Of a stretch of 64,000 nt of DNA, positions 1 to 9,985 are shown one piece after another. Source of the DNA: Promethearchaeota archaeon. GTDB lineage: Archaea > Asgardarchaeota > Lokiarchaeia > Sigyniarchaeales > SOKP01. How positions within the stretch are numbered: the first letter of the stretch is position 1; every line of letters starts with the position of its first letter. Both the position numbers and the translations under genes were made by a program. The notes beneath the pieces were generated by a model. That model worked only from the letters and a program-made list of their open reading frames with translations. It made no database searches and was not told where the DNA came from. The stretch covers positions 33,821 to 97,820 of the forward strand of contig JAFGOA010000036.1 of assembly GCA_016926735.1 (NCBI GenBank), in the 5' to 3' direction.

Positions 1-86
1 AAACTGAAATACACTGCAATAAACAGGATTATTATTGAACCAATTCCATATATCAGATTATTAACTAATTGTGCTTGATATAACAT
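1..86 (-). CDS. Partial CDS running off the window edge; N-terminus of a probable membrane protein (MLYQAQLVNNLIYGIGSIIILFIAVYFS...)
   Basis: ATG at 86-84, open frame to the edge, hydrophobic TM-like stretch, same orientation as the upstream genes. Confidence 0.6.
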   Translation of the reverse strand, partial: MLYQAQLVNNLIYGIGSIIILFIAVYFS

Positions 87-159
87 TTTTATATTGAATA
101 TTTTTTTATGTATTTAAATAGACTCTTAATTTTTTAAATATAACTATTTATGGAAATTG

Positions 160-1050
160 TTACAATCCTTTTAATAATTCTGAGAAGTTGGGTTCTTTGA
201 AGTAATTGTTATATTTTTTTAATAATTCTATATTAACCAAGTGGATTTTCTTTCCAGTATTATTTTTTGCTGATTTTATAAGGTCTAATTCTTTCATTTT
301 TTTTATATGATATTGAATAGTTCCAGGATATACATCCAATTTAGTAGCAATATCCGAAATTGCTATTGTATCATCTTTAAAGAACTCTTCAATAATTTTT
401 GGAATTAAATCATTTATAAAAACTACTTTATATTTATCAAAATCATTTGGAATATCTTTTAAAAAATAATGTAGCGTTTTTCCAATTTTTTCTGATCTTA
501 TTAATCCAAAATTTTCCAAGGTCATTACATGTTTAAGAAAAGGAGTTCTAGTTATCTTTAAAAGCTCCTCGATTTTTTCATCTCTAGCATGAATTCCTGG
601 ATTATCACGAATAAAATCCAAAATTGTGACTAATTTATCATTTTGGAGAATTTCTAATTTAGTTCTTCTTTCATTGGTAACAATCCAATTTTTTTCTTCT
701 AAACTTCTAATTGATAGAAAAATATCTTCTTTACTATATCCTTTTTTATATGATAATTTTGCTATGCAAGTGGCATAGAGTTTTTCTATAATTGGGAATT
801 TTTGTATTTGAGTTTCCGATTCAACTTCAAATTCCGTATCGTATCGTTTTAATTTGAGAATTTCTTCGGCTATTATTAAAATATCTTTCTCAGCTTCAGA
901 TAATTCATCAATTAATTGTTCTGTCTTTTTTAAGGAAATTGATTCTTTTTTGATTTCTAAAGGTGTGAAATCATCTTGTCTAAATGAGCTATCTTCAAGA
1001 GTTGTTACTTTTTTTTTTTCTTTCGAGTCTCTTTTTTTCTCTAATGACAT
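160..1050 (-). CDS. Winged-helix transcriptional regulator with tandem wHTH domains (ArsR/COG3398-like)
   Basis: Motifs ILDFIRDNPGIH, HVMTLENFGLIRSEKIG and ISDIATKLDVYPGTIQYHIKKM. Confidence 0.75.
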   Translation of the reverse strand: MSLEKKRDSKEKKKVTTLEDSSFRQDDFTPLEIKKESISLKKTEQLIDELSEAEKDILIIAEEILKLKRYDTEFEVESETQIQKFPIIEKLYATCIAKLSYKKGYSKEDIFLSIRSLEEKNWIVTNERRTKLEILQNDKLVTILDFIRDNPGIHARDEKIEELLKITRTPFLKHVMTLENFGLIRSEKIGKTLHYFLKDIPNDFDKYKVVFINDLIPKIIEEFFKDDTIAISDIATKLDVYPGTIQYHIKKMKELDLIKSAKNNTGKKIHLVNIELLKKYNNYFKEPNFSELLKGL

Positions 1051-1065
1051 GATAATTTCTTTTTT

Positions 1066-2769
1066 CTAAGCATGTTTTTCTAAAAACTCAACAAATTGAT
1101 ATTGTTCTTCAGAGTCCATATATTTTAATTGTTCTATAATTTTTTTATACTGTTCAGGTTTCACATTTGGAAGTTTTCTAATTTTTTCTACTAAGATACG
1201 AGGAATTTTTTCTTGATAAAGGTTTATTATAGCATCAATATATTTAACTTGTTGCTCTTTTGTTAAGAAAGCTAATTCTTTTAATAATTCTTCTTTTTCA
1301 TTTTTTGGGATATTTAATTTCTTTATTTTTTCCCTTATATCATTTGAAAGAAGATTAAAAATTTTGGAGAAATATTCTTTGACTAATTTTTGATCTTTTT
1401 CATTTTTCACTGGTAGAATTGATTCATGTAATTTAAGTTCAATATCCTCTTCCTTCTGTTTTAAAAATTCTTTTTCTTCCTTTTCAGATACTATTTCTTC
1501 AGATTTTTTCAATTCTTTTATCTGTTTTTCTTTTATATCAGGTACCCTTAACGTAGATTCTTCCTTTATTTTTACAATTTCCCTTTGAATATCTTCTTTT
1601 TTTGATTCAATTGGTTTTTCTTTAATTTGTGTTATTTTATAAGGATTAATTATTGGAATAGAAGTTTGATCCTTTTTTATAATTTCTTGCTCTTTCTTTT
1701 CTCCTTGAGCTAATATCGAAGGTTCCAAATTAGTTGGTAATTTTTCTTCCTTATAATCTGTAGGTTTAATTATAATAAGGATATACATTGTTATTGCTTT
1801 TAATAAAATAAATATACCAACAGAAAAGAAACACGTGGCAATTATACCGAAAATAAATGTTCTTAATGCAACTACTCCGTCACAAGTTTGAATCTTTTGT
1901 ATACTATCTCGATAAGCATAGTCTATAATTAAAAATATAGTAGCAAGAACAAAAAGTCCAATACCTATAACAATAAATATATTGTTAATAATTACATTCT
2001 TTAATTGTTCGATATCTATATCTTTAATATTATTTATAAAATCCTCTATAAAGGCTTGAATTTGTAAATATGTTCCCTCATTGAAAAAAGTATAACCAAT
2101 GTATAAAAATAGTATAAATCCTATCAAGGAAGAAAATTGATTGAATGAATTTTTTATGTATAAAAAAATTCTATATGTCCCTTTTTTATTTCTTTCACGA
2201 GTAAGGATAATATAAAAGAATATTAATATTCCTTTTAGTGTTATGAAAAATCCAGCACCATAAACAAAAGATCCTAATATACCTATCCAGAAACTATGAA
2301 CAATGACACTCCCTAAATCTCCTTCTTTTATTTTCTTTTTTATTATGATTTTATCATATAATGCGATTAATATTCCAAAAATCCCTAATAATGATTGTCT
2401 AATAAGATAAATATACCAAGGAATTATTGGATTAAAAAAATATTCTAAACTTAAAGCTATTGAAAAAATCGATACAACTAGAAGGGGAATATATGAAAAA
2501 TCATTTAATCTTTGAATAGCATTATATAAGGATGGATATGATTTTGTCTTTTTATGTGAATATGTATACTTTTTTTGATTTTCCCATTTTTGCCATCTTT
2601 CTGTCTTTTTTTCAGGTTTGAACTTTCTCTCAGTAAAGTTAATTCCTGATATATTGAAAGGAGTCCCACATTTTTCACAAAATACTCTTACATTATTTTC
2701 AATTAATCCTGATAATTGACTGGGAAAATGATATCCACATTCATTACATATATATATTTTTTTAGACAT
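1066..2769 (-). CDS. Membrane protein: N-terminal zinc ribbon, multi-TM core, charged linker, duplicated helical C-terminal repeat
   Basis: CNECG...CEKCG ribbon and about 8 hydrophobic helices; ATG at 2769 (MSKKIYIC) preferred over the TTG at 2832. Confidence 0.7.
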   Translation of the reverse strand: MSKKIYICNECGYHFPSQLSGLIENNVRVFCEKCGTPFNISGINFTERKFKPEKKTERWQKWENQKKYTYSHKKTKSYPSLYNAIQRLNDFSYIPLLVVSIFSIALSLEYFFNPIIPWYIYLIRQSLLGIFGILIALYDKIIIKKKIKEGDLGSVIVHSFWIGILGSFVYGAGFFITLKGILIFFYIILTRERNKKGTYRIFLYIKNSFNQFSSLIGFILFLYIGYTFFNEGTYLQIQAFIEDFINNIKDIDIEQLKNVIINNIFIVIGIGLFVLATIFLIIDYAYRDSIQKIQTCDGVVALRTFIFGIIATCFFSVGIFILLKAITMYILIIIKPTDYKEEKLPTNLEPSILAQGEKKEQEIIKKDQTSIPIINPYKITQIKEKPIESKKEDIQREIVKIKEESTLRVPDIKEKQIKELKKSEEIVSEKEEKEFLKQKEEDIELKLHESILPVKNEKDQKLVKEYFSKIFNLLSNDIREKIKKLNIPKNEKEELLKELAFLTKEQQVKYIDAIINLYQEKIPRILVEKIRKLPNVKPEQYKKIIEQLKYMDSEEQYQFVEFLEKHA

Positions 2770-2999
2770 ATCCTTTACACTAATAATATGTATTTTATTT
2801 TTTAAAATATTTTTTTTTTCACACAAACTCAATTCTATTTAAATTTCTTTGAAATAATTTCTATACCATTATATATACTTAAGTATATAACTAATGTATT
2901 TATACCTTTTTTCTGTATAAACTATTTTTATCCTATAAAATAAAAAAAACTTTTAAAATTTAAAAAAATTGGAGTCCAATTATTACTAATACAGAATTA

Positions 3000-3500
3000 T
3001 TAAATTAATTCTAACCATTTTAGTGATTTGACAGTGTTGTGTAATTGATGATCATCCTCAACCATATAAAACATTAGGTTATTAAAAATCAAGTAAGCTT
3101 TATTTTTATTATCTTCAATAGGGATTACTTTATCATTTCTCCCATGATATATTTTTACTGGAATCTCGATAGGGTTAATATTTTTTGGGAGTAATTCCTC
3201 TCTCAGTAAAAAAGGCGCTAATAAAATTAATTTTTCAATTTTTTCAGGATTTTGAATAGCATATAGCGTTGCCATTAGTCCACCAAAAGAAGAAGCAATT
3301 ATTATCCATTTTTCTTTTTTATTTAAAATTTGATTTAATTGTTCCATTCTTTTATTCAATAGTGTTTTCATAGGTATTCTTTCATGATATTTTTCAAAAT
3401 CTGGAGTTAAACAATTCGGAAAAACGCTTTTAAAGTATTCACCTTTAAAACCTTGTCCAGAGCTTATCAAACCATGGATAAAAATAAGATTATCAGTCAA
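3000..3500 (-). CDS. Alpha/beta hydrolase, YqiA/UPF0227-like esterase
   Basis: FIHG oxyanion motif, ASSFGG nucleophile elbow, HGRND and DDH acid/His; TTG at 3500 lies 7 nt after GAGGAG. Confidence 0.8.
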   Translation of the reverse strand: MTDNLIFIHGLISSGQGFKGEYFKSVFPNCLTPDFEKYHERIPMKTLLNKRMEQLNQILNKKEKWIIIASSFGGLMATLYAIQNPEKIEKLILLAPFLLREELLPKNINPIEIPVKIYHGRNDKVIPIEDNKNKAYLIFNNLMFYMVEDDHQLHNTVKSLKWLELI

Positions 3501-4581
3501 GAAAAATCTCCTCTCCATCATACAGATTATCATCATCAGTTTCCATACGTTTCAATTCTAATTTATATCCAATATACATCAGTAAACCTACTATTGATAA
3601 ATAAAAAATCACTAAAAAAATAATAATTGGAGAATAACTTCCACCAAAAGAGATAGCATAGAGAGATATACCAATAATAAAACCTGTTATTAGCCTTGAT
3701 TTTGTATTACTTTCTCTAATAAAAAGCCTTTGTATGCCCCAATCGATAATACAAGGAATAGGAAAGATAATACAAATTATGAGAGCACTTTCAGGAGTTA
3801 AAATAAAACCAGTAGTTCTAAATAGAATGTACATTGTGAAAAATGTAAATAACGCTCCTAATAATGTACCCGAGCATCGTGAACAAAAATAAATATATGT
3901 TTTCCCAAATTTAAGATAAAAAGTATGGTCACATGCATATTCTGGATGATGTGTTAAAGTCATATTATAAAAATGATATTCCTTCTCTGCTAAAATATAA
4001 TCATACATAAAAATTAAAAAAGGAATTATTAATGGTATTGATATAATAAATTGAATCAGAAATTTTAATCCATAATTATATATAATATCCTCTAATATAT
4101 TAGTTGGTTCTACAATAATTTGAAAAATTATAATAGATAAGAAAATAATAATTGAAAATGTTATTGATAATATAGAATTATACAGTAAATTTAGCTTTTT
4201 TTTATATTTCAAAGGGTTATATTTATATAATCCTATAAAAAATCCAATTAAAGCAACAATTAAACACCATTGTATTTGTAAATCATTATAATAAATAATT
4301 TGATATAATAATTCTCCGAAAAATCCAGCTATAGCACTTCGAAAGGACCCTGCTAAATTTGATAAAAAAATAAAAGATAATAATGTAAAACCAAATTGAA
4401 ATGTTGAAAATTTATTTATTATATAATAAGAGGAGATTGATCCAACTGATTCAGAAAAATAGAAATAGATAATGATTATAAAAAATATTATAAAAAGATT
4501 CAAGAAAATTTTTTTTATTGTAGTATTCTCTTCTCTTTTATTTTGTTCTGATTGAGAATAACAAATATCTTCATTGTTCAT
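3493..4581 (-). CDS. Polytopic membrane protein: ECF S-component-like N-half plus DUF2085-like C-half
   Basis: About 10 TM helices; HH...C.H...FCSRCSG and IDWGIQ...RESNTKSRLITG resemble DUF2085. Confidence 0.6.
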   Translation of the reverse strand: MNNEDICYSQSEQNKREENTTIKKIFLNLFIIFFIIIIYFYFSESVGSISSYYIINKFSTFQFGFTLLSFIFLSNLAGSFRSAIAGFFGELLYQIIYYNDLQIQWCLIVALIGFFIGLYKYNPLKYKKKLNLLYNSILSITFSIIIFLSIIIFQIIVEPTNILEDIIYNYGLKFLIQFIISIPLIIPFLIFMYDYILAEKEYHFYNMTLTHHPEYACDHTFYLKFGKTYIYFCSRCSGTLLGALFTFFTMYILFRTTGFILTPESALIICIIFPIPCIIDWGIQRLFIRESNTKSRLITGFIIGISLYAISFGGSYSPIIIFLVIFYLSIVGLLMYIGYKLELKRMETDDDNLYDGEEIFLD

Positions 4582-4624
4582 TATAATGCCTTTTTAATGA
4601 TATTTAATATATCAAGGATGTTCC

Positions 4625-5290
4625 TTAAGTATAGATTATATCTAAATATTCTAATAATTCCTTTTTAGTATATTCAAATCCCTTTCTTAATAATCTAAGA
4701 ATAATTTTTTTTCCTATTGGTACTTTAAGAAGGTTTGGATTGTTTTCAACAAGTGTTATTGCTTCATCATTATAATCTATATTTTTAATTAATGCGTCAT
4801 ACGCTTCTTTCTTAGTTTTAAAGACTACTCTTGTTAATTCATCATAGTTGTTAACATCTTCTTTGGTCTGTATCATTTTTATAACATCATTTACCTGGAT
4901 GATAAATAATTTCTTATTTATTTCCAGAAGCGTCTTAAATTTCTTATTTTTTTTATCACAATGAATATATGTCTGATCTCCTTCTAAATATTCTTGAAAA
5001 TTATCTTCAATCACAATATTGAATTTATCTTCATTTGCTCCATTTTGAACGAGTAGTTTACCACAATTTAATGTTATATTTATTTGTTTTAATGTTCCTA
5101 CTTTAGCATTTTTATTACTCCATGACTCATAAAATGTTTTAATTAGTGGTTTGATAACAGGATTTAATAATCCTGCTTTTAATTCTGTATCTATTAATTT
5201 TTTGCCATAATCAAGGGCGTTATTCATTCTCTGAATCATTTCATCTTTTAATATATTGTAATTCCGTTCTAAATGGTTCAATTTAAGCAT
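4625..5290 (-). CDS. Hypothetical helical protein
   Basis: 221-aa ORF with typical composition and no recognised motif. Confidence 0.6.
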   Translation of the reverse strand: MLKLNHLERNYNILKDEMIQRMNNALDYGKKLIDTELKAGLLNPVIKPLIKTFYESWSNKNAKVGTLKQINITLNCGKLLVQNGANEDKFNIVIEDNFQEYLEGDQTYIHCDKKNKKFKTLLEINKKLFIIQVNDVIKMIQTKEDVNNYDELTRVVFKTKKEAYDALIKNIDYNDEAITLVENNPNLLKVPIGKKIILRLLRKGFEYTKKELLEYLDIIYT

Positions 5291-5438
5291 TCCCCAATTT
5301 TTTTGATCTAGTAATATTAAAATTAAGAATAATTTTATATTAAATTATTTAATAGTAATGTTGTTCTATTATATTATTGAATTTATGATAAGAAAATAAC
5401 TTTTGTAATTTTATATTTTTTAATTGAGTTGTCTAACT

Positions 5439-8400
5439 ATGCGTTATATTTTTAAAATAATCGTTTTGGGAAATTCCGATGTTTCCATACCATATTTATC
5501 AATAGCCATTAATGAAATAGGTGAGGAGAAAGAAAAATATATAGAATGGAATCATGAATTAGCGGTTTTAGATAATGTTTGTGAAATTGAAACGATTGCA
5601 ATAACAGATTTAACCATAGATATTGATCAAATTATTCCAAGTGTTGATGGCATTGTATATTTTCTGAATCCATTAGTTCCTGAAGAAACCGAATTTTTTC
5701 AAATGATTCTTGATATTTTAGAAAAAGTAAAACGAAATATTCCTACTATTATGATTTATTATAATGAGGATGGTATACTTCCTATATCTGTAATTGACCT
5801 TTTAGAGGATAATTGGATTAAATATCCTGATTTTGAAGTATTTATAAATCTTAAACCTATACAATTCAGACAAGGTTTACACTGTTTATGCTTAGCTATG
5901 ATCTCTGGAGATTATCCCTTGGATATAGAGAATGCATGGTTAAGATATCCTATTTTAGTTATGCAAGCAAATTTTTATTATAATCGAAAAGATTTTTATA
6001 ATGCTGCTAAAACAATGAAAAAAATAGCTTTTATAAGAAATTTATATAATAAAGAAAACGTTTATATAGCCAGTGAACAAGCAGCTTATCTTTTTTCAAG
6101 AATAGACCTTTATCAAGAAACAGCAAATATTTTATCTTCGATTGATAAAAAAAGGGCTCATAAATATAAAAAAGTATATGCTAGAGCTATGATTAGAGAG
6201 GGTAATAAATTATTTGCAAAAGGAGATTATAGATTTGCTGCTAAACAATATGAAAATGCAGCTCAATGGGTTTTAATTGAATTAAAGGAAAAAGAGCTTA
6301 TTGTTGAATGTTTTAAATTAGCGATTAATTCTTGGATTTCTGCATGTGAAATTGAGAATGCATTCACAATTCTTGAAAGATTACCTCATGAAGATATAAA
6401 ACCAACTTTGGAAGAAGTTGCTGATAAAGTAATTGCTGCTGCAGATTTTCTCGTATCATTAGGAAATATAGAAGAAGCAAGAGAAGAATTATATGTTGCT
6501 ATAAACACATATCAAAGAGAAAACCTACCCAAAGTATTAAAAAAATTTGCAAATAAGCTATTTGAAGTCTTGATTCAATTGATTAAAGTTTACATAACAG
6601 AAAAAAAAAATAATTCTGCTAAAAGATGTTATGATGAAATAGTTAATTTATGGACTTCTTTTGAAGTAAAAAAAAGCAATTTAGATGATATTTTAGAACC
6701 ACTTATAATACAATTTTTAGATAAATTTAGATTTGGTAAAGCAACACATTTATTAAACGAATTAAATTCCTTGGATATAAAGAAAAAATTAACAGAATAT
6801 TCATCTAAGGCAGAAGAAAAAAGTAAAGAAATTAAAAAATTGGAGAAAGATATCAATATTAATTATGGAATTCAATGTCTTATTAGCTATATTGAGCTTG
6901 AAAATGAAATAATAAATGATTACAACGCAATAAACTTAGAAAAAGCGATAGAATTAGTTGGTAAAAATCAGTACATTCGAGCAGCAGATATATTACAAAA
7001 ATATACTGAATATTTAAAATCTATCGGTGAAATTAACGAGGCAGATAGAATTTTATGTGAATTATTAGATATTTTAATAGAAGGTAATAGATTAGAAGAA
7101 TTCCTAAATTATTTTGATAAAATAACTGGAAAGCGAATTATAAAAAATTATTTAAAATATATCTTTCCGTTCTTTATTGAACGATATAAAACAGTTTCTA
7201 AAAATTATAGATTTGAAAAGAATTTAAAAATATTCGAAAAAATGAATTCATTTCTAAGAAAGGAAATGTTATATACACAATCAAGAGAAATAAGTAAAAT
7301 TTTTATTGAAATTTTGGGAAAAGAAGCATTATTTTTAATTGGGATTGAAAAAAATACAATCGGAATTGAAGGTGCAATAAATTTAATCAAAAAAGCTTCA
7401 AATATTGCAAAATCATATTTAGAAAATTATATAATTCAATTTGATGAGGTTTATAAAGCTATAGCTGATATTTATATGAATTTAGGAGATTTATCCGCTG
7501 CTTTAAGTAATATTGATCAAATTATCGATAAAGATATAAAGAAAGAGGTTTATAGGAGAATGACAAAAAAGGAAGAAACAAAGATTTCTCAAGAATCTAA
7601 AAAGATTAAAGCGTCACTAGAAGCACAATCAATAAAAGAAGGATTATCAGATATAATAAAGCTTGCTAATGAATCCAAGGCAGAAAAAGAATATTATCTT
7701 AAACAAAGAAAAGGATTCAAACGAGCCTTTTTTGGAGAAGCATTAAAAAATATAAATGAAGAAAACTTTCAAGCAGCCCTTGAAAAATATAAAGAGAGTG
7801 TAAATCGATTAGAAAACATAAAACAATATTATTTGGTAGGAGTTAATATTGTAATGATTCTTCTATTGTACCTTAAAATTCAGAAAAAAAAGGAGCTTAT
7901 TGATTATATTGAAAAGAAATCTTATTCTGATAACATTTATTACAATACTTTTCCTATAATTTTAACTGAATATATTGTTAACTTAATAAAATTACATGAA
8001 GAAAAAAAAGTTAATGAATCTTTAATATTTGTAGAAAATCTTCCACTATTTGGGAAAGAAAAGAAATTATTATATGAACTTATGGAAGGTACCATTGAGA
8101 TGGGGGAAATAAGAGCACATACCAAAGAAGATAGGTTAAAAATAGAGGTAGTAAAAGAAAAAACTTCTCAAAAATTTTTAGAATTAGAACAAAAGGTCGA
8201 TATATTAGAGCAAAAACTTAAAGATCATAAAACAATCTTTCAAGAATTATTTAAAAAGCGAAAAGCTTTAAAGAAAAGATATTATAACGAAATATTAGAA
8301 TTATTAGCCAGAAATAGCTATTTAGAAGCATCTAAAAAATATTATGAGCTTACAAATGCTTTTTTAAAAAGAAAAGATTATGAGAATTCCGCTCTTTTAT

Positions 8401-8654
8401 TACTATTTTACGGATTATCTTGTATTAAAGCAAAAATACCAATAAAAGATATAAAATTAAAAATTAATGAATTATTATCAAATTTAGGTACTTCAAAAGG
8501 CCTTGTTAGCGAAATTTTTCAAATAGATCTCTTGTTATTTATTATTGATATATTTGAACTTTCAATAAATCAATATATTCCTCAGATTAATAGTATGTTA
8601 TCTAAAATACCGTATTTTGAAGAGGAGCAAAACCTTTTATCTATTAAGTTATGA
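5439..8654 (+). CDS. Degenerate Ras-like GTPase domain fused to a long TPR/alpha-SNAP-like solenoid
   Basis: N-terminal YIFKIIVLG and VDGIVYFL strands of the small-GTPase fold without GKS/T; TPR-like AAKQYENAA helices; ATG at 5439. Confidence 0.6.
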   Translation: MRYIFKIIVLGNSDVSIPYLSIAINEIGEEKEKYIEWNHELAVLDNVCEIETIAITDLTIDIDQIIPSVDGIVYFLNPLVPEETEFFQMILDILEKVKRNIPTIMIYYNEDGILPISVIDLLEDNWIKYPDFEVFINLKPIQFRQGLHCLCLAMISGDYPLDIENAWLRYPILVMQANFYYNRKDFYNAAKTMKKIAFIRNLYNKENVYIASEQAAYLFSRIDLYQETANILSSIDKKRAHKYKKVYARAMIREGNKLFAKGDYRFAAKQYENAAQWVLIELKEKELIVECFKLAINSWISACEIENAFTILERLPHEDIKPTLEEVADKVIAAADFLVSLGNIEEAREELYVAINTYQRENLPKVLKKFANKLFEVLIQLIKVYITEKKNNSAKRCYDEIVNLWTSFEVKKSNLDDILEPLIIQFLDKFRFGKATHLLNELNSLDIKKKLTEYSSKAEEKSKEIKKLEKDININYGIQCLISYIELENEIINDYNAINLEKAIELVGKNQYIRAADILQKYTEYLKSIGEINEADRILCELLDILIEGNRLEEFLNYFDKITGKRIIKNYLKYIFPFFIERYKTVSKNYRFEKNLKIFEKMNSFLRKEMLYTQSREISKIFIEILGKEALFLIGIEKNTIGIEGAINLIKKASNIAKSYLENYIIQFDEVYKAIADIYMNLGDLSAALSNIDQIIDKDIKKEVYRRMTKKEETKISQESKKIKASLEAQSIKEGLSDIIKLANESKAEKEYYLKQRKGFKRAFFGEALKNINEENFQAALEKYKESVNRLENIKQYYLVGVNIVMILLLYLKIQKKKELIDYIEKKSYSDNIYYNTFPIILTEYIVNLIKLHEEKKVNESLIFVENLPLFGKEKKLLYELMEGTIEMGEIRAHTKEDRLKIEVVKEKTSQKFLELEQKVDILEQKLKDHKTIFQELFKKRKALKKRYYNEILELLARNSYLEASKKYYELTNAFLKRKDYENSALLLLFYGLSCIKAKIPIKDIKLKINELLSNLGTSKGLVSEIFQIDLLLFIIDIFELSINQYIPQINSMLSKIPYFEEEQNLLSIKL

Positions 8655-8656
8655 TT

Positions 8657-9574
8657 TCATACAACATCTGCAAATTTCTGAAGGTCTTTAACACGCATTC
8701 TCAGTGTTACCTCAGTTACTTTTGCTAGTTGAGAGATTTCTTTTTGAGTTCTATTCTCATTACATATTTTAGATCCTATATAAAGAGCTGCTGCTGCTAT
8801 ACCTTTTGGGTCTTTTCCAGCAGAATTAAATCCATTTTCTTTTGCTTTTTGAATTAATTTTACTGCTATATTTCGACAATTCATTGAAAGTTTTAATTCA
8901 TCATTAAATTTATCCACATATCTATCTGATGAAAAATATTGTACTTTTAAATTAAGTTTGGGTAAAACTTCCATTAATATTAGTCGATAACTTTTAACCA
9001 CTTTTTTTTTTGGAATTTGGGCAACTTTTGTAATTTCTTCGATCGTTCTAGGAATACCATGTACTCTTAGAGCACAAAAAATTGAAGCTGATAATAATGT
9101 ATCAATACTTCTTCCCATTGTTAATTTTTTTTTTACAGTCTGAGTATATATTCTTAATGCATCCTCGGCAACAGTATCTGGAACACTTAACCGCTTCTGA
9201 AGTCTTTGTAAATTGGGTAAAGCTATCCATAAGTTCCTTTCAAAACTTGTTGTAAGAGATCTATGAATTTTAGCTAATCTATTAAATTGAGATTTATATT
9301 TTGGACTTAAAAGGCTTCCTCTAGCATCTCGACTTCCTTTTATAATAGTTCTCGGACCAATAGGGCTATATACTCTCTCATTACTCTTCCTTTTTTGAAT
9401 TTCTTCTTGTGTAAAAGCCCTTCTTGGAGAATCATCAAATATTCTTGAAATAACTAAACCACAATTAAGACATACATAAAAACCATCTTCCTCTGATACT
9501 TTTGGAGAATCACAACATGTTTCTGGTGTATCTTCTTCAAAAAATTGATCATTTTCGATTTTAGATGGCATCAT
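8657..9574 (-). CDS. tfb: Transcription initiation factor IIB (TFB) paralog
   Basis: Zn ribbon CC...CLNCG, two cyclin repeats (GRSID, GKDPKGIAAAALY), EVTLR helix. Confidence 0.9.
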   Translation of the reverse strand: MMPSKIENDQFFEEDTPETCCDSPKVSEEDGFYVCLNCGLVISRIFDDSPRRAFTQEEIQKRKSNERVYSPIGPRTIIKGSRDARGSLLSPKYKSQFNRLAKIHRSLTTSFERNLWIALPNLQRLQKRLSVPDTVAEDALRIYTQTVKKKLTMGRSIDTLLSASIFCALRVHGIPRTIEEITKVAQIPKKKVVKSYRLILMEVLPKLNLKVQYFSSDRYVDKFNDELKLSMNCRNIAVKLIQKAKENGFNSAGKDPKGIAAAALYIGSKICNENRTQKEISQLAKVTEVTLRMRVKDLQKFADVV

Positions 9575-9985
9575 AATCAGATAAAAAATGAACTTTATGG
9601 AGTTTTTGCTTTATATAGAAAATTATGATAATATTTAAATGCTATTATTTTCAAAATAATTATCCCATATATCCCTATGATAATAATCAAAATAAGAATT
9701 TAAAAATCTTTACTTAAAAAAGGTTGAATGTAATATCCTTTTTTTTTAAATTTAATAATTTTTAAAATATTTCCTCTCTTTGTATTAGATTTTATATTTA
9801 TTTATCAAAACATTTTTTTAATTTTAAACTTTCATATATATGAGGGTAATTTTGAATTTACTCAAAATTTCTTAAATTCATATATATATTTAAAAAAAAA
9901 AAATCATTACAATTAAAATAGAGAAATCAGATCAAAATATTATGAAAATTTTATAAATTAAAATAAAATTATTTGTTGATTAATT

